A stretch of DNA of 64,000 nt from Octopus sinensis (GCF_006345805.1 NC_043007.1:6138001-6202000), one strand, 5' to 3'. Shown: positions 1-14,620, counted from the stretch's first letter. Numbers and translations: made by a program. Notes: generated by a model not told the origin, from the letters alone.

Positions 1-122
1 CCACTTTTCATTTTTCGTGTTCAGTCCTTAATTGGTATATATAAATATTTTAATCTTCGGATTCTTTTTTTTAATATGCTAGACCACTGGTTCTAATTGA
101 TAAATATCAATTTCTACCCTAA

Positions 123-175
<53 letters not shown>

Positions 176-252
176 TATTATTACATATATATGTTGTGTA
201 CATACACACACACATACATATACACATAGACCGATGCGTACATATGTATATA

Positions 253-472
253 GCACAGAGGAGACTGAGGCTAGCTGGACATGCTCACCGTCCTTCAGAG
301 TTGATACTGCACCCAGTGCTCCAGTGGGAACCCCTACACGGACACAGGGAGACCGAGGATGACCTCTGTTGATGCCCTAAGCGCAGACACTGGTCTCTGG
401 GAGATACAGGACATAGCGGCAATGATGAGGGTCCAAGACCGCGGCAGAGAACTCGTCAATGGATCTCGGGAA
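253..472 (+). mobile_element. LINE 3' fragment, RTE-X-like ORF C-terminus (frameshifted)
   Basis: Reads RRLRLAGHAHRPSELILHPVLQWEPLHGHR, then after a frameshift TSVDALSADTGLWEIQDIAAMMRVQDR. This matches the RTE/RTE-X C-terminal pattern RRLRLAGH..LWEP.HG.R..YVD.L..DTGL. Confidence 0.7.
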
Positions 473-503
473 TTTTACCTTGGTATATATATATATAATA
501 TAT

Positions 504-535
<32 letters not shown>

Positions 536-1157
536 ATATATATATAATATGTTATGTGTGGGTGTGTGTGTGTGTGTGTATGTTTACCAGATTTTGCGTT
601 AGTGAGGGTGTGGCAAAGTGCCCCCATCCAATTACAAAAAGTTTGAGCTTGAATCGAAATTATAAAGAAAACACAACAGAAATTAGATTTCGGATCGCAA
701 CGTTACTTCAGTTTAAGAATTGTTTTACATTTTTATGCATCAAATATAGTTTCTTATTTTCTCCGTTCTTCATTCTCATGTTTAAAAATATGAAAACCAA
801 TGTTGATTCTTAATTTTAAGATTCAAATCGAAAATAATAATATAGAAAACAACAAAAAGAAACATGAATGAAAAACAAAAACTGGATTGAAATATCGAGC
901 TACTCTGCAACAAGTCAATCGATCTAGCGCTGTTGATAACAATTTCTTACGTTTTCGATTGAAAGGAGTTGCTTGAGCAAAGAAAACTAAACATAACCTG
1001 CTACCGTGCTTGATAGATAATTCCACACATAGAATGATACGTACATACATACATACATACATACATACATACATACATACATACATTCAAGGAGTGAGTG
1101 GGATATATAATATACGTACACTCATACACCACACATACACACACACATATATATATA

Positions 1158-1201
<44 letters not shown>

Positions 1202-2811
1202 TATATATATACGGGGAGGAGAGAGAGAGAGAAGAGAGAGAGAGAGAAAGAGAGAGAGTGAGATTGAGAAAGTATAGCAGAGAATCAGGAATTGTTTATT
1301 ATCCGTCAACTTTATGGGTTTATGCTAATGCTCTTGTTACACGATAAGAAGTTGTTACGGCAAGAATCCCTTCAGGGGCTAAAAAGCTGTAAAACATTGA
1401 TTTTACATGTAAATCAAGTCCGAGAAGTCAGCGAAAATATTAAAACGAAAAACTGAGGCGTAAAAATTTTGTCCGTTCTAACACATCGGTTCGATAGTAA
1501 TGCGAGCATTGAATGAAGATGTACGATGCTACACGAACAGTCGAGTTCTCTTGGTAGAAATTCTAATGTAAGCGAATAATTATATTTTATATGTTTCGTT
1601 TTTCTTTTCGAAATACTAAACAATGTAATAAAATTGCTTTGGGAACATAATAGCCTTTTTGCATCTCATTCATCAAACCGAGAAGAGCTACCGTTTCCTT
1701 TTTTCCCCTTTTATGAGTTCGGTGAAGTTTTCATTTAAAACATTCGATCTTCAGTAATAACTTTACTCAATTAATTATCATGTTTCTTTTTTGTAATTTA
1801 CTATCTCATCGAGTAAATCTTCCCAAGTGTCACAATCTACCTATTCTGTTACGCTGTTCTGAATGTGACCTTTATTTAGCAAGAAAACTAATATTTACTT
1901 CAAAGTTTTGCACAGGGCCAGCAATTTTGCGAGGAGGGTCACGTTTACTTTATCCAATAATGGATAAAGTCAATATAAACAACCCTTACCGCATCGCTCG
2001 TAAGGCATACGGGAAATTGCTTCAGTGGCTAGAAATTAAAATACCGGTGATCTGTTAAGGTCATCGTTTATAGTTAGTCTTATGATTTATTATCCACCAA
2101 TAATCGTTTTTACGCGAGGCAATATCTTGTGTGTTTCGGTTTTTCATCTTCATAAGTAATCTTGTTAATGCTGTGAGAATGGACTGCTTCAGAACACAGA
2201 CGATCCACACGATTTGTATACTTTAATCAACGGATAAAGAATCTTGCAAAAGCCAGCAAACTTTGTCAAGCTGAAAACGGGGGCAGATGACAATTAAGAA
2301 GTAATTGTTAATGAAAAAATATCATCGTTGAATTCCTTCAAACTTTCAACTGTTCATTATTAAGTGTTATCCGACCATGATAACTAAAACTGTACAACTG
2401 AATCTTATGATACACAAGGAACTGACAAAAAAAAGAAAAAAAATATTGCTCTACCGAGTTTAACACTGTTTCGCAGGGATCAAAATTTCATTCAGATTTT
2501 AGAAACAATCTTGATTGAGAAGGAAAAAACTATTTATAAAAGTGGACTCCCTCTTATCGTGTTTCAAAGTGGCATCACTTGAAGCAAGGAAATGGTAAAT
2601 CTTGCAAACTCCAACACACCGATTTGCATATCTTTCATATATATTAAATACCAACCGTGAGATGCCTGGAATTAGTTTCGATTCTCTCACTATGTTATGA
2701 AAACTTTCTGGAAATTTCTGGAGTTCTGTAGAAAGAAAACAAATTACTTTTTGAAATCGTTGACCTCTGCTGACCAATAAATAAATACGCGACTCTGTCT
2801 TTAGTTATTTT

Positions 2812-2819
2812 TATTATAA

Positions 2820-2899
<80 letters not shown>

Positions 2900-2900
2900 G
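2812..2900. repeat. (ATT)n microsatellite
   Basis: Direct reading. Confidence 0.95.
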
Positions 2901-3594
2901 ACGTCTAGACCCGGATGTATGATAAACAGAGACAAACTGCAGTAAAATCTACGAAATTGTGCTTTGATATTTTCCAAACGCTACACAAATATCTTATTTG
3001 CTATTCACACGTGCTGACTGGTCCATACAACATTTAAAACTACTTGGAACGTTTGAATTTGTTTGCTGAGTGTTAAGTCGAAACACCAGGTCCAATATTC
3101 TGAACACAATAACAGAAAATTAATAATTCCAGATCGATTCTATTTACTGTATAACAAATTAATTAATTAATTTATCGATCACGCACACAAGCATACTGAC
3201 ACACAGGCACACACACGCAGAGATACACAAATACACACACACACACAATATTTATCTAATGAAAATAAAAACAAGTTCACCGAGACACACATTTCTATCC
3301 GTATAAAGCGAGCAATTTGAGAAGCCAACCAGTGGCCATGCGATCGCTGAAACGAGACGTTACAGTACGAAGTTGCTAAGTTTTAAATGCGTTTTATGTT
3401 TCTACAGAGAATGAAGGCATTTAAATGCATTACGATTAACGGTTCGTTACTGCATCCTGGATAGAAGAATAACAAGCGCGCACACACACACACACACACA
3501 CACCACACAAACACATACACACACACATATATATGTAAAAATACGCACAAATTCATATTTATTTTATTTTATTTTTTATTTATTTTTTATTTTT

Positions 3595-3642
3595 ATCTAG
3601 TTTCAGCTCACAAGCTGTGGCCATGCTGGGGCACCGCCATTT
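3595..3642 (-). mobile_element. Isolated SINE/LINE 3' tail
   Basis: Reverse complement contains GGCGGTGCCCCAGCATGGCCACAGC...CTGAAAC, the same tail seen on SINEs and on the CR1-like LINE elsewhere in the window. Confidence 0.7.
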
Positions 3643-3878
3643 AAACACCTTTCTGCAGTAAGTTACAATCGAATTAAATGCTGGAATTCAAAAATCAGTT
3701 TGCAAACTTTTAGCTGCATGTGTAGAATATTAAACACACAAGCTTCATACAAATGCATATATGCATCCATTTTTTTTATATGTATATATGCATGCATAAA
3801 CACATGCGCACACGCAAATATAAGTATGTATATATGCAGATATATATGTATATATAAATGTATGTATATATGTAGGAA

Positions 3879-3923
<45 letters not shown>

Positions 3924-3965
3924 GTCTATCTATCTATCCGTCTATCTATCTGTCTGTCTGTCTGT

Positions 3966-4960
3966 CTCAGATATTTGGTTGGTATCTCCTGTTCCCCGGA
4001 GGTGGTAATCCTGTTATTGGTCCATGATAGACTGCTTTGATGGTCAATATTATCATCTCGGAACTTTCAACTGACATATCCCTGCATAGTTTTCTGCTCA
4101 TATATGCTCATCATTTCATTTGATGATACGTTGTGGTAGAGTCATTCGACTTCTTTGGACAAAGAGTGTTGCTTAAGTAACTGCCTTCCGAGTCTTAAAA
4201 TGTTATCAGCCTCATCTATGCAACCTTGGTCAAGGGATGCACTTCAACGCTTGGTGGTTAAAAGATGTTGCCGAAGGGATATGATACAACATTCAGAGGC
4301 AGTCTGGATTGATGCTACGCCTCTGCCACCTTGTTTTCGTTTCAGGTCTACAATACTGTTCATGTGTAAATTATTTGAGATTGTTATTATCTTCTGAGTT
4401 TCCGCATCAATGGTTCGGAACTCACCAAGCGTCCAATCAAAGGGTCCAAATATTGGTATGAGTAGTGGCACTGCAGACACATTGTGGGCCACTGTTTTAT
4501 TGAATGCAGATAGTTCCGAGGTCAAAATTTTCTTCATTCGTGTTTTGTTACAGGTGCCATTGTAAGATATGTTTTTATCCACACCTAGATACCTGCAATA
4601 TTCCTCATAGACATAGGGGAAACAGTTAAATCATTGGAGATGTTCCTAGTCAGATATACAAGTTGTAAGAATGTCAAGGCTCTTTTTCATCTTAGGCCTA
4701 TTCTTTGCATAAAGTTTCAAGTCACCCACGAAGAACCAGCGTGTAATTTTGGTATTGCTGTTACCTTGTGAAACAGTGAGATATCCACCAGACTTCCTTA
4801 CCATGAATGACAATGGATTAACAGAAACTGTAAACAACATAACAGAGAGGCCGTCTCCTTAGAATAAGCCCATGCAGTACTGTATTCTATCAGTGATAAT
4901 ACAGTCACTCTTTGTGTTTAATCTCAAGATAGTTGAAGGGCTTCTAGCATCTATGAGTGG
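3966..4960 (-). mobile_element. Degenerate non-LTR retrotransposon RT fragment, R4/Dong-like
   Basis: Minus-strand frames give GLF*GDGLSVMLFTVSVNPLS (GIFQGDSLSPLLF motif), FFVGDLKLYAKN (decayed YMDDLKLY), and KKILTSELSAFNKTVAHNVSAVP..DWT..RTIDAETQKI..KRKQGGRGVASI, typical of R4-clade post-RT sequence. Confidence 0.8.
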
Positions 4961-5140
4961 AGATGTATGCATATATGTATGTATGTATGTGTATGTGTAT
5001 ATGTATGTATGCATTTGTATATGTGTCTATATGTCTGTGTATATGTATGTATGCATGGATGGATGCATGTGTATGTATGTATACATATCAGTGTGTATGG
5101 GCTTTTTGCGCATGATAGCGACTGATATTATTATAAACAG

Positions 5141-5357
5141 TAATATCCCTTTCTACTCTAGGCACAGGGCCCGAAAGTTTTAGGGAGGGGAACAGTCGAT
5201 TAGATCAGCCCGAGCACGCAACTGGTACTTAATTTATCGACCCTGAAAGGGTGAAACGCAAAGTCGACCTCGGTAGAATTTGAACTCAGTGCGAAAAGAC
5301 AAAATATCGCTAAGCATTTCGCCCAGCGTACTAACGTTTCTACCAGCTCGCCGCCTT
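5141..5357 (-). mobile_element. tRNA-derived SINE family A (Deu/Nin-like central domain)
   Basis: Reverse complement matches the copies at 14398 and 46359: AAGGCGGCGAGCTGG..GAGTTCAAATT..GAGGTCGAC..TTTCA.CCTTTC.GGGTCGATAAATTAAGTACCAG. Confidence 0.85.
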
Positions 5358-5379
5358 AATATAAACAGTACCCTCAAAT

Positions 5380-5386
5380 ATATATA

Positions 5387-5422
<36 letters not shown>

Positions 5423-5476
5423 TGTATGTATGTATGTATTTATGTATATATGTATAGATATATATATATATATATC

Positions 5477-5514
<38 letters not shown>

Positions 5515-5538
5515 TATGCATATATGTATATATATATG

Positions 5539-5571
<33 letters not shown>

Positions 5572-5720
5572 GTATATATGTATAATATATGTATATATAT
5601 ATATATATGTATATATGTATATATATAATATACACATATATACATATAATATACATAGATATTATATATACATACATATATATATATATATGTATATATA
5701 TATACACACATAGATGAGTA
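5380..5720. repeat. Compound (TA)n/(TATG)n microsatellite
   Basis: Direct reading; source of the spurious YI/MYV ORFs. Confidence 0.95.
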
Positions 5721-5849
5721 AATACATACACGCATACGGGCACACACACACACACATATACACATATATATGGCTTCGTGTATGATGGCACTTGCATGTT
5801 AGCGAGCGTGCAGGTATGTATGTATACATACTAAAGAGGTAAAAGCAGA

Positions 5850-5884
<35 letters not shown>

Positions 5885-5950
5885 CATTTTGGCTGCAAGT
5901 GCATTTGTACGTGCTTACATGTATATGCTCGTGCGTGTGATTTAATTTAC

Positions 5951-5999
5951 CTGAGCACCACCATTCTGAAACTGTGCAATCAAAGCAGAAATCGATAAG
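5951..5999 (-). other. Candidate small internal exon, unidentified gene (LIDFCFDCTVSEWWCS)
   Basis: Minus strand has acceptor ...tcacatagcag|, an open 49-nt frame, and donor CAG|GTAAAT. A second acceptor (ccactttgacttag) lies near 6055. No protein family recognised. Confidence 0.3.
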
Positions 6000-6344
6000 C
6001 TGCTATGTGATACTTTGAAGAGAAGTTCATCTCGAATTGATCAATAGCATCAGGCTAAGTCAAAGTGGAGTGTGAAGAAGACTGTGTGTGATTGGAAACA
6101 GAAATGGCTGGAACGGTGGTGGTGGTCGTGGTGGAAGTGGTGGGAAGTGGTGGGGGAAGTGGTAGCGTTGGTGGTGTTGGTTGCTGATGGCTAGTGGATG
6201 GTGATGGGTGACTGTAGGGAATTATAAAATAGGGGCTGTGGGGGTGGTGCATGATCGATTGTGGGGAGAGGTGACTCGATTATAGCATAATATATATATA
6301 TACACGTGTTTGAGTGTGTGGGTGTGTATGCTATGGATACCTAC

Positions 6345-6349
<5 letters not shown>

Positions 6350-6386
<37 letters not shown>

Positions 6387-6400
6387 GTGATATATATATG

Positions 6401-6463
<63 letters not shown>

Positions 6464-6489
6464 TTGTGTGTTCGTATGTTAGGTATACC

Positions 6490-6544
<55 letters not shown>

Positions 6545-6660
6545 ATATATATATACACACATAATATATATACACACATATATATATATATATATACACA
6601 CACATATATATACACACACATATATATACACATATATACAGGCATATACATATGTAAGTA
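6350..6660. repeat. (TA)n/(CA)n compound microsatellite
   Basis: Direct reading. Confidence 0.95.
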
Positions 6661-7018
6661 CATGCATAAACACATCTATTGATAGACCTCAAGGCAATTA
6701 CATCACAAAGACACACTCATACACATATATACTAATTCGCGCATACAAAAGCATATATATATATACATATATATATATATATGTTTGTGTGTAGGAGTGG
6801 GTGTTTGCGCGCGTGTATATAATTAGACGTTTCACCACAAACACACCACTCTCTGTTTCACCTTCACTCTCCGTCTCTCCATTTCTCTTCCTTACTTCTG
6901 CCTTTGTGAATGCGTGTGTTTTTGTTTTATTTGTATATCTGTCTGTTCGCATCACTCTCTTTTATCTCTCTCCCTCTCTCTGACTTCCTACTAATCTATC
7001 TATCTATCCATCCGTCTG

Positions 7019-7060
<42 letters not shown>

Positions 7061-7139
7061 ATATAGACACACACATATATACATACATATGTATATATGT
7101 ATGTATGTATGTGTGTATGTATGTATGTATGTATGTATG

Positions 7140-7173
<34 letters not shown>

Positions 7174-7215
7174 ATATATATATATATATGTAGGTATACA
7201 TATACACATACACAA

Positions 7216-7251
<36 letters not shown>

Positions 7252-8099
7252 ATATATATAATATATATATTAATATATATATATATATATATACGTATAG
7301 ACACATACCTACATATATGTAGTTCATTGAATAAAAGTGACTCTTGGTGAAGTTCTCAGTTGCTTAGATTTTTCGATCTGTTAATGTGAAACAATTACAC
7401 TGCTGGAAAAATAAAGAAAAGTAAAAAAAAAAACTATAAAAAGGAAGATCATCTAAAAATAAATCAATAAAAAATAAATAAACACAAGTCTGAATCCGAA
7501 AGTAATGTCAAAGCAGAATTGTTCGCACACGCGTGTGTGTGTGTTTGTGTATGTGTATGTGTGTGTGTGTGTGTGTTTTGGAACACTAATGACTACAACA
7601 ATAATAAAAACATCAATTTTAACGATTTATGTAAGCTTTGACATAATAACTCAGCACAGATGTGGGAAAGTGTAGAAGAAGACGCTCCACCGTATAATGC
7701 ACAGCTCTGATTTTAGTTTAGTGCTGTTTGAATTGCGTACAATGAATTTTTATCCGGGCCTGCATGCTCTCCGCTTTATCAGTGACTCTATCATTTACTG
7801 TTTCCTATATATCTGAAGGAAGTGCTTTCATCGTGGTATAAGACTGGCGAGTATACGTCATTGTCAAGTCTCAAGTGGGCTGAAATGCATACGACATTCT
7901 CGTGAGTCACGATTTTTGTTTTGCTCTGATATATATTGCATTTTTAAGACGGCATGCCAATAAAGAGATTTTCTCTCAGACAAGACCCTTAGTATCATGC
8001 CCTTCAAGTTTGTACATACGTTAAATCTCTACCACAAACAGCTACTTTAATTTAATGCAATTTCAGATGTAACATGCAGAGTGAACAATATCATGGAAA

Positions 8100-8495
8100 C
8101 TGCTACATGGTTGCTTGACGTGCTAGAAATAGCAACCTAACCTCATAGCTTAGAGTGTTAAAAAGAGAAGTATAGTTTGGAGAATGTAGTTATGGTTATA
8201 GGATTCTGGGGACAATAAAAATAATAGACAAATAATAAGCAGTATGGATCGAAGGACTGGAAGCATTTCGATCGTAGTCTAATGAGTGTACAGTAGTCAG
8301 CGAAGGGCTTGAAACCCCTTACATTAATGAGACTTCTGTCTAGTAATCTGCGAGGCAGAAGCAAGCTCAATTCAGCTTTAGCTAAATGAAAGAGAGTATA
8401 TCATTCGAGGACATGACACGTTAACCTGTGTGGTAATCGAACCCACAACTTTTCGATGGTGAGCCCGATACCTTATCTGTAAGTCACGCGCATTC
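8100..8495 (-). mobile_element. Degenerate tRNA-derived SINE family C
   Basis: tRNA-like head remnant (aatcgaacccacaac...gagcccgatacc) and tail atggttgcttgac.tgctagaaatagc; related to the 17978-18300 copy. Confidence 0.5.
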
Positions 8496-9114
8496 GTAGA
8501 TATGAAAAATCAGTGTGACCTGAGGTTAAACAACAAGGGATACACAATTTACAAACTCCTTAGGAGTGAAAAAGTAAAGTTGATGCGGAACGATCGCTTG
8601 ATCAACCGATGGGTCCATCAGCATCAATCGATCTCTCGATGGATATTGCAAGATCTACCAATCGATCGAAAGATTATTTCTCTGTTTCTTCGATGTGTTC
8701 TCTTTTTCCAATATATTGAGCTACTTACTTATTAAACTCATTAAGGAGATACGTGCCAATAACTTATGTATTGACTTGTGTTTTCTCAACTTAGTAGCAT
8801 TGAAGAGATTCGTGGCAGAATAGGTGGCTTGAGGGATTTGACTGTTTTTCTTTAGAATTCCTACACAATTTTCTGCTCTCTAATTTCTCGCCAAGGCTTA
8901 GCTCTCCTAGGGCTATATCAAAATACGTTGCTCTAGACACTCCGCAGTAAAATTCACCGGGATTACGATGGTTGTGAAGTAAATTTTTAGTCTGTCGACT
9001 CTAATTATATCCAATGTTTAGACATTTCATACAGAGACAACATCATTAATTAGCAATAATGAGATAAAGATTCTTAACTTTGTCGTCTAAAATGATGTTT
9101 GCATTTATCTTCAG

Positions 9115-9212
9115 TCGCTGGGTCTGTAGGAAGGGGCAGCCTCCAAGACCTTCCCAGGCCCTCCGATTTCATTGAGATTGATTCCAGTAATGTTACTCTG
9201 GAACATTTATAA
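9115..9212 (+). other. Candidate terminal coding exon (..AGSVGRGSLQDLPRPSDFIEIDSSNVTLEHL*)
   Basis: Pyrimidine-rich acceptor tttgcatttatcttcag| followed by a non-repetitive, GC-richer open frame to TAA at 9210-9212. No homology recognised. Confidence 0.2.
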
Positions 9213-11554
9213 ATCAATATTGGTGGGAAAGACATGAACAGGAAGGAGTGCCATGGAAACAAACTTTTAAAGGAAGAGCTGGGTGTAACGGCTAGTGTGT
9301 GTTATATGGATGAGAGCGGATACAATGAAGGTGAAGAGAGGGGGAGAGATAACGGATTAGGAATGGCTAAGTGGTGGGGGTGGTAAATGAGTGCAGTCAG
9401 TACCGTTGCAGAAGAAAGAGGATATTTCCGTAAGAATTATGTTGTCGATCGAATCGGCATTAGTATATCACTGGTATATATTTTAAGGATGTCATTTGGC
9501 CCCCAGATTATCCCTGGATGAAATCAGTCAGAACCATGGTAGAACCGTTCTAGATATGATGGGGCCATTGTTTTAGACTTTGTGTAACTCGGACTATATC
9601 GTACTATTTAAGCTTTGAGGGAGATTGGGTTCTGTTTCTAACAAGTTGCGTGAACAGCTAGAGACTAGGTCCAATCATCATAGTAGAACGCATGAAGCTT
9701 TCAAATTGATTGATCCAAGTCATATTTGAAAGTATGATAGAAACTTAAATTTTTATTGTGGGGAGCGAGGACAGGAATGTGTGGGCGTTCGTGTTTCACC
9801 CAATTTCACACTAAAACACAGAACAGTGAACAAAATATAAGTGAAGAAAATGAATCTTTGATTTCAACGAAGCGTATTCCAAATAATTGGCCAACTTAGT
9901 CACTCATTCAAGTAACTTCTAAGTGGCTGAGTATTCCAGAGACACAAACTTTTATCATGATTCTCAAGCAGAATCACCGTTACGCAAATAATATCAAAGC
10001 TGAATCTTTAATCTTTTAGACACCACCCCTCTGACGGGCTTCCTCGCAGTTTCTGTTTACTAAATGCACTCAAAGGGTTTCAGTCAACTCGAGACGATGA
10101 TAAAAGACGCAGAGAGATTGAGTCTGCAACGAAGCGGATTGCTAAATATTCGAATATTTTCTGCGTCCACGAGAGATTCTCAACGTGGGTGGCACCACTC
10201 CCCAAGAGGGCGCCGGGAATTTCAAAGAGGTCAGTGAAGCAGAATGAATAATTAAGATACTAAATTTCACCTATCGTAGTAATTATATTATACGTGATAA
10301 AACTAGTAATGGTTATTAAAAGAAAATGAGATCTCATCAATCGCATGGAAATCATTGGTTTGCAACGAATGAAGTAAATTTACGACTTTCGTCTTCTTTC
10401 ACTTTTTATCGTTTCACTGTTAAAAGCTTATACAATGCATTTTTAGAGTAAAATGGATAAATTATAAGTTTATTTAGTCGTGATACCTCGCCACTTAACT
10501 GAGTGCTAAGCATAACAACTACTTAAAAGGGTGGAGGCGCTACAAAGAAGGAAAACAAAAAAAGGTTAACAAACACTGCACTGCATGCACCTTATGCCAT
10601 TTGTCAATAATGGTTTAAGGAAATATTCTTCATTTGAACTTTTATTGTTCATCTATGATTTTCACATCGAGTGTGGTAATCAGGCCCACGTATTCCTGCA
10701 CCCTAAAGAGGTGTTACTAGTGGGGGTTTTACTCCTAGCAGGTTTAACTAAGGTTGGTGGATCTGAAGCGAAAGTTTGTGCTAAATGAGGATATCATAAA
10801 GTTCTGGGAACGAGTATGGCGGAGGAATCGACTAAAGGGTTGACCAGAAATGAAACTCATATAATACGGGAAGATGGAATCGCAATGATAACATTAACCG
10901 CGGCCACGTAGTCCCGAAAGTGAATCTATGATGAAATCTATAAAACTGAAAATTTTACGTGTCATTGAGACAACGATCGATTTAGAATAACTTTAAAACT
11001 ACTTCGATGTTCCCTCTTAGATTTCTCATCACGTAGCCCAGCAAGGAATGCATTCTGTAATGGTTTCGGCTTCTGCAATGCTGTTAGGAGAATCTTACAT
11101 ATTATTCCATATCTGTAACACAAACTTTCGCATACACTGTGTCATTTCTTCAATCATCTAAACAATATACGAAATTACATAATGACCAAACTTTAAAGGT
11201 GAGCAATAATGTAGTCTGCTCCACATTCATAGAAAGTGGGTTCCATTTATGAGCTAATTTCGATTTATTATTTATGGTTATACCAAACTCAACGTGGAGT
11301 CGATTAAGCTATTTCTATACGCTACGTGAGCTTAGCATTGAGAGAATGTTCGCAAGTCTTTCGTTCCATAATTGTAGCAAAACTTAGCGACACCTGTCAG
11401 GATTTTTCTGTGAATTCTTCTGATACGAATTTCAATCTTTGAAATGAGTTTAATAAAACGAAAGTGGAAAAGAAAAACATTTCTACAAGAGAATGGATAA
11501 TAACGTAAAGAAGGTAAAAGAATTTGATTGGATGAAATGCTATCTTTTACGAAA

Positions 11555-11641
11555 GGAAGAAGAAGAAGAAGAAGAAGAAGAAGAAGAAGAAGAAGAAGAA
11601 GAAGAAGAAGAAGAAGAAGAAGAAGAAGAAGAAGAAGAAGA
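11555..11641. repeat. (GAA)n microsatellite
   Basis: Direct reading; source of the poly-E/R/L/S ORFs. Confidence 0.95.
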
Positions 11642-11768
11642 GTGGGGAAGGAGAAAGATGAGGAACAGAAGAAGAAAACGGAGGAATGCATGAAAATGAT
11701 AGTAATATAAAGTAGAAAGATTGATCTGAAGAGGCCTATGCATTACGTTGTACATATATACATGCAGG

Positions 11769-11834
<66 letters not shown>

Positions 11835-12024
11835 CGCAAAATACTTTCTATGCAATCTCAAGTTTTATAACAAACAATTTTCGTATGTTTTTTTGAGACA
11901 TTCACTAGTACAACACTAAGTACAAAACCAAATATATGGCACCCTAGGCATAACACCTCTCTTGAGGTCTCTGGGTGAGACTTCGAGCCAACTTATTCAA
12001 ATGTAAAGCAAACGTCAAACATAA

Positions 12025-12037
12025 AATAATAATAATA

Positions 12038-12090
<53 letters not shown>

Positions 12091-12094
12091 AATA

Positions 12095-12144
<50 letters not shown>

Positions 12145-12148
12145 AATA

Positions 12149-12180
<32 letters not shown>

Positions 12181-12205
12181 AATGATGATAATAATAATAA
12201 TAAAT
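12025..12205. repeat. (GAT)n/(AAT)n compound microsatellite
   Basis: Direct reading; source of the poly-M/H ORFs. Confidence 0.95.
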
Positions 12206-12262
12206 GATTATGTAATATATATAATTATAAATAAAGGAGAAATATATTATATATATACATAC

Positions 12263-12320
<58 letters not shown>

Positions 12321-12825
12321 AAGCTTGAAGTTTCGAAACGCAGTAAGTCTATTTAAAAAAAGGACCACATTATGATAAGAAGTAGAATAAGAAATTCTAT
12401 GTCTTTTGTAGAATGATACATTAAGAAGCTTTTTCTCTGAGTCCCAGCGGATTAGTTCAATCCATATATTGTGACTTGAACTGATACACACATAAAACAA
12501 ACGTGTGTGTGTGTGTGCAATATCTCTCACTCTATATGTATGTATATATATATATCACTTTGTATTAATATATATGCATATATATTTATACATATATACA
12601 TATATATAAATATACATACATACATATACCCTTACAAGCATTTCTCCCCACCCACACATATATACATAATGGTTATATATATACGTATATATATATATAC
12701 ATATATATATATGTATTTATGCATGTATCTTTATATAAATATGTATGTTATTTTCATCTGTTTTCAATTACTTAAACTTTTCTTGCCACAAGGAAGGATT
12801 TATATATTCAAAAACAGAAGCAAAT

Positions 12826-12883
<58 letters not shown>

Positions 12884-12926
12884 CATACGCACATGCACGC
12901 GCACACACACACGCACACGCACACAC

Positions 12927-14170
12927 TCGTATGTACAAATGGAAATCAAAAATTAGCAGCACTTTCACCAAAACTTTCGGTTGGCTGCCTTCAGCGTTTG
13001 CAAGTTAAAATTTACCTTGATTGGTCCATTTTTGTTTGATGTAATACTGAATAAACATGCTGGAACCATTTGTAGTGTTATGCAAAGAAGATCAGTAATT
13101 TGTGATCTGATTTGTCTATTCCGAAGGTGTGTGAGGGCATGGAATTCCTCGCAGGATTTCAGTATTATACAAGGATAGCATTCTATCGGGAAGATATGAA
13201 TTTGAGTCGATCGAGAAGTTTAAAACTGGCCGGACATTCATGAAACAGGGAGTAAGACCTCCATCAACTCCCATTACTGACATAATGATTCTGCACACTC
13301 GAGAGATAGTTCTGGTGAACCGACGAGAGACTGTAAAAGAGATGGTATATTCTCTGAAAATTGGTGATGATTCTGCATTCAAAATCTCTCAAAACAATCT
13401 TCAATTCCGAAATGTGTGTGCGATACGGTTGCTAAGAGAACTTACCAAGGACGGACATAAGCGCAATCGTGTGAAAATCTGTCGACGCTTACACAACCGC
13501 TACAACGGTGAAGGGGAAGGATTTTGTTGGAAGGAATAGTTACAGAAAATGAGACTTAGGTCCACCACTGTGAGACAAAATCCAAAAGGCGGAATATGGA
13601 GTGGAAACACGTGAAGTTATCATCGAAAAAGAAATTCAAGACTCAACACTCAGCAAGAAAAAGTAATGATAACCGTTTTAGGGGGGAAACAAAAAGGCCT
13701 ATGCAGGACAATTAGCTGGAAAAAGGGGTCTATAGTCACCTGTGCAGGTTACAGTGAAATACTAATCAACAAGCTGATAGCAGTAATTCGCACCAAACGC
13801 TGTGGTCCATTGGCAACGATAGTGTAAGTGCTGCACGACAATGTACGCCCAAATACGGCCGCTCACACCATTGGAAAGATTTGGGGGTGCTTGGACACCT
13901 TGCAGGTTCCTCTCCTTACAACTGTCACCTCTTTGGACTGTTCGAACAGCCTTTACAAGTTTGTCAATTTGCTTCGAGCGAAGAAGCACGGGAGATGGTG
14001 TATAACCGCTGCACGACCAGTTGAAAACCTTCATCTCCGATAGAATAAGCAGGTTTGTGGACTGCGGGATGAAGTGCATGGAAAAAATGGTGCAATTGTC
14101 TAACCAGTGCTTTTGTTGTAATAAATTATAGAAACAAGTGTGCGTTCAAAGTTTGACTTAGCTTCGTATA
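12927..14170 (+). mobile_element. Near full-length decayed mariner (Tc1/mariner) DNA transposon
   Basis: Contains QRRSVI.., IEKFKTGRT..RPPSTPITD, VNRRETVKEM, IVTENET*VHH (WIVTGDETW motif), KKFKTQHSARKVM and VLHDNVRPNTAAHT (HDNARPH). A 3' TIR-like tgacttagcttcgta|TA ends near 14170. Confidence 0.85.
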
Positions 14171-14397
14171 TATTTCACATAGACACGAGAAGGAGTCACC
14201 TTGTGTATATGGAAAGAGTTATGCGATATCTCAAATGTCATGATTTTATTTCCACATAAACATTGTATAAGAACAAATATCTGACTGGAGGTATGGCATG
14301 ACAAACATTTAAAACAAAATCATAATTATATTTCATGATAATGTGTCGAGCACGATGAAAGTTTTTGACATTTTGTACTATGATTTTTCCCATTTGA

Positions 14398-14620
14398 AAA
14401 GGCGGCGAGCTGGCAGAAACGTTAGCACGCCGGGCGAAATGCGTAGCCGTATTTCGTCTGCCGTTACGTTCTGAGTTCAAATTCCGCCGAGGTCAACTTT
14501 GCCTTTCATCCTTTCGGGGTCGATAAATTAAGTACCAGTTACGCACTGGGGGTCGATGTAATCGACTTAATCCGTTTGTCCTCTCTGTGTTTAGCCCCTG
14601 TGGGTAGTAAAGAAATAGGC
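14398..14620 (+). mobile_element. SINE family A, near-intact copy
   Basis: A box (ctggcagaaacgttag), B box (gagttcaaattcc), central ctttcatcctttcggggtcgataaattaagtaccag, tail gtgggtagtaaagaaatagg. Confidence 0.9.

Noticed and set aside
1705-1760. Minus-strand CTGAAGA...GAAA pair
   Set aside because: Stems II and III do not pair; chance motif.
2499-2777. 92-aa non-repetitive minus-strand ORF
   Set aside because: No recognisable domain, splice signals or canonical start; length is within chance expectation.
11332-12322. Poly-L/E/R/S/M/H ORFs
   Set aside because: (GAA)n and (GAT)n repeats.
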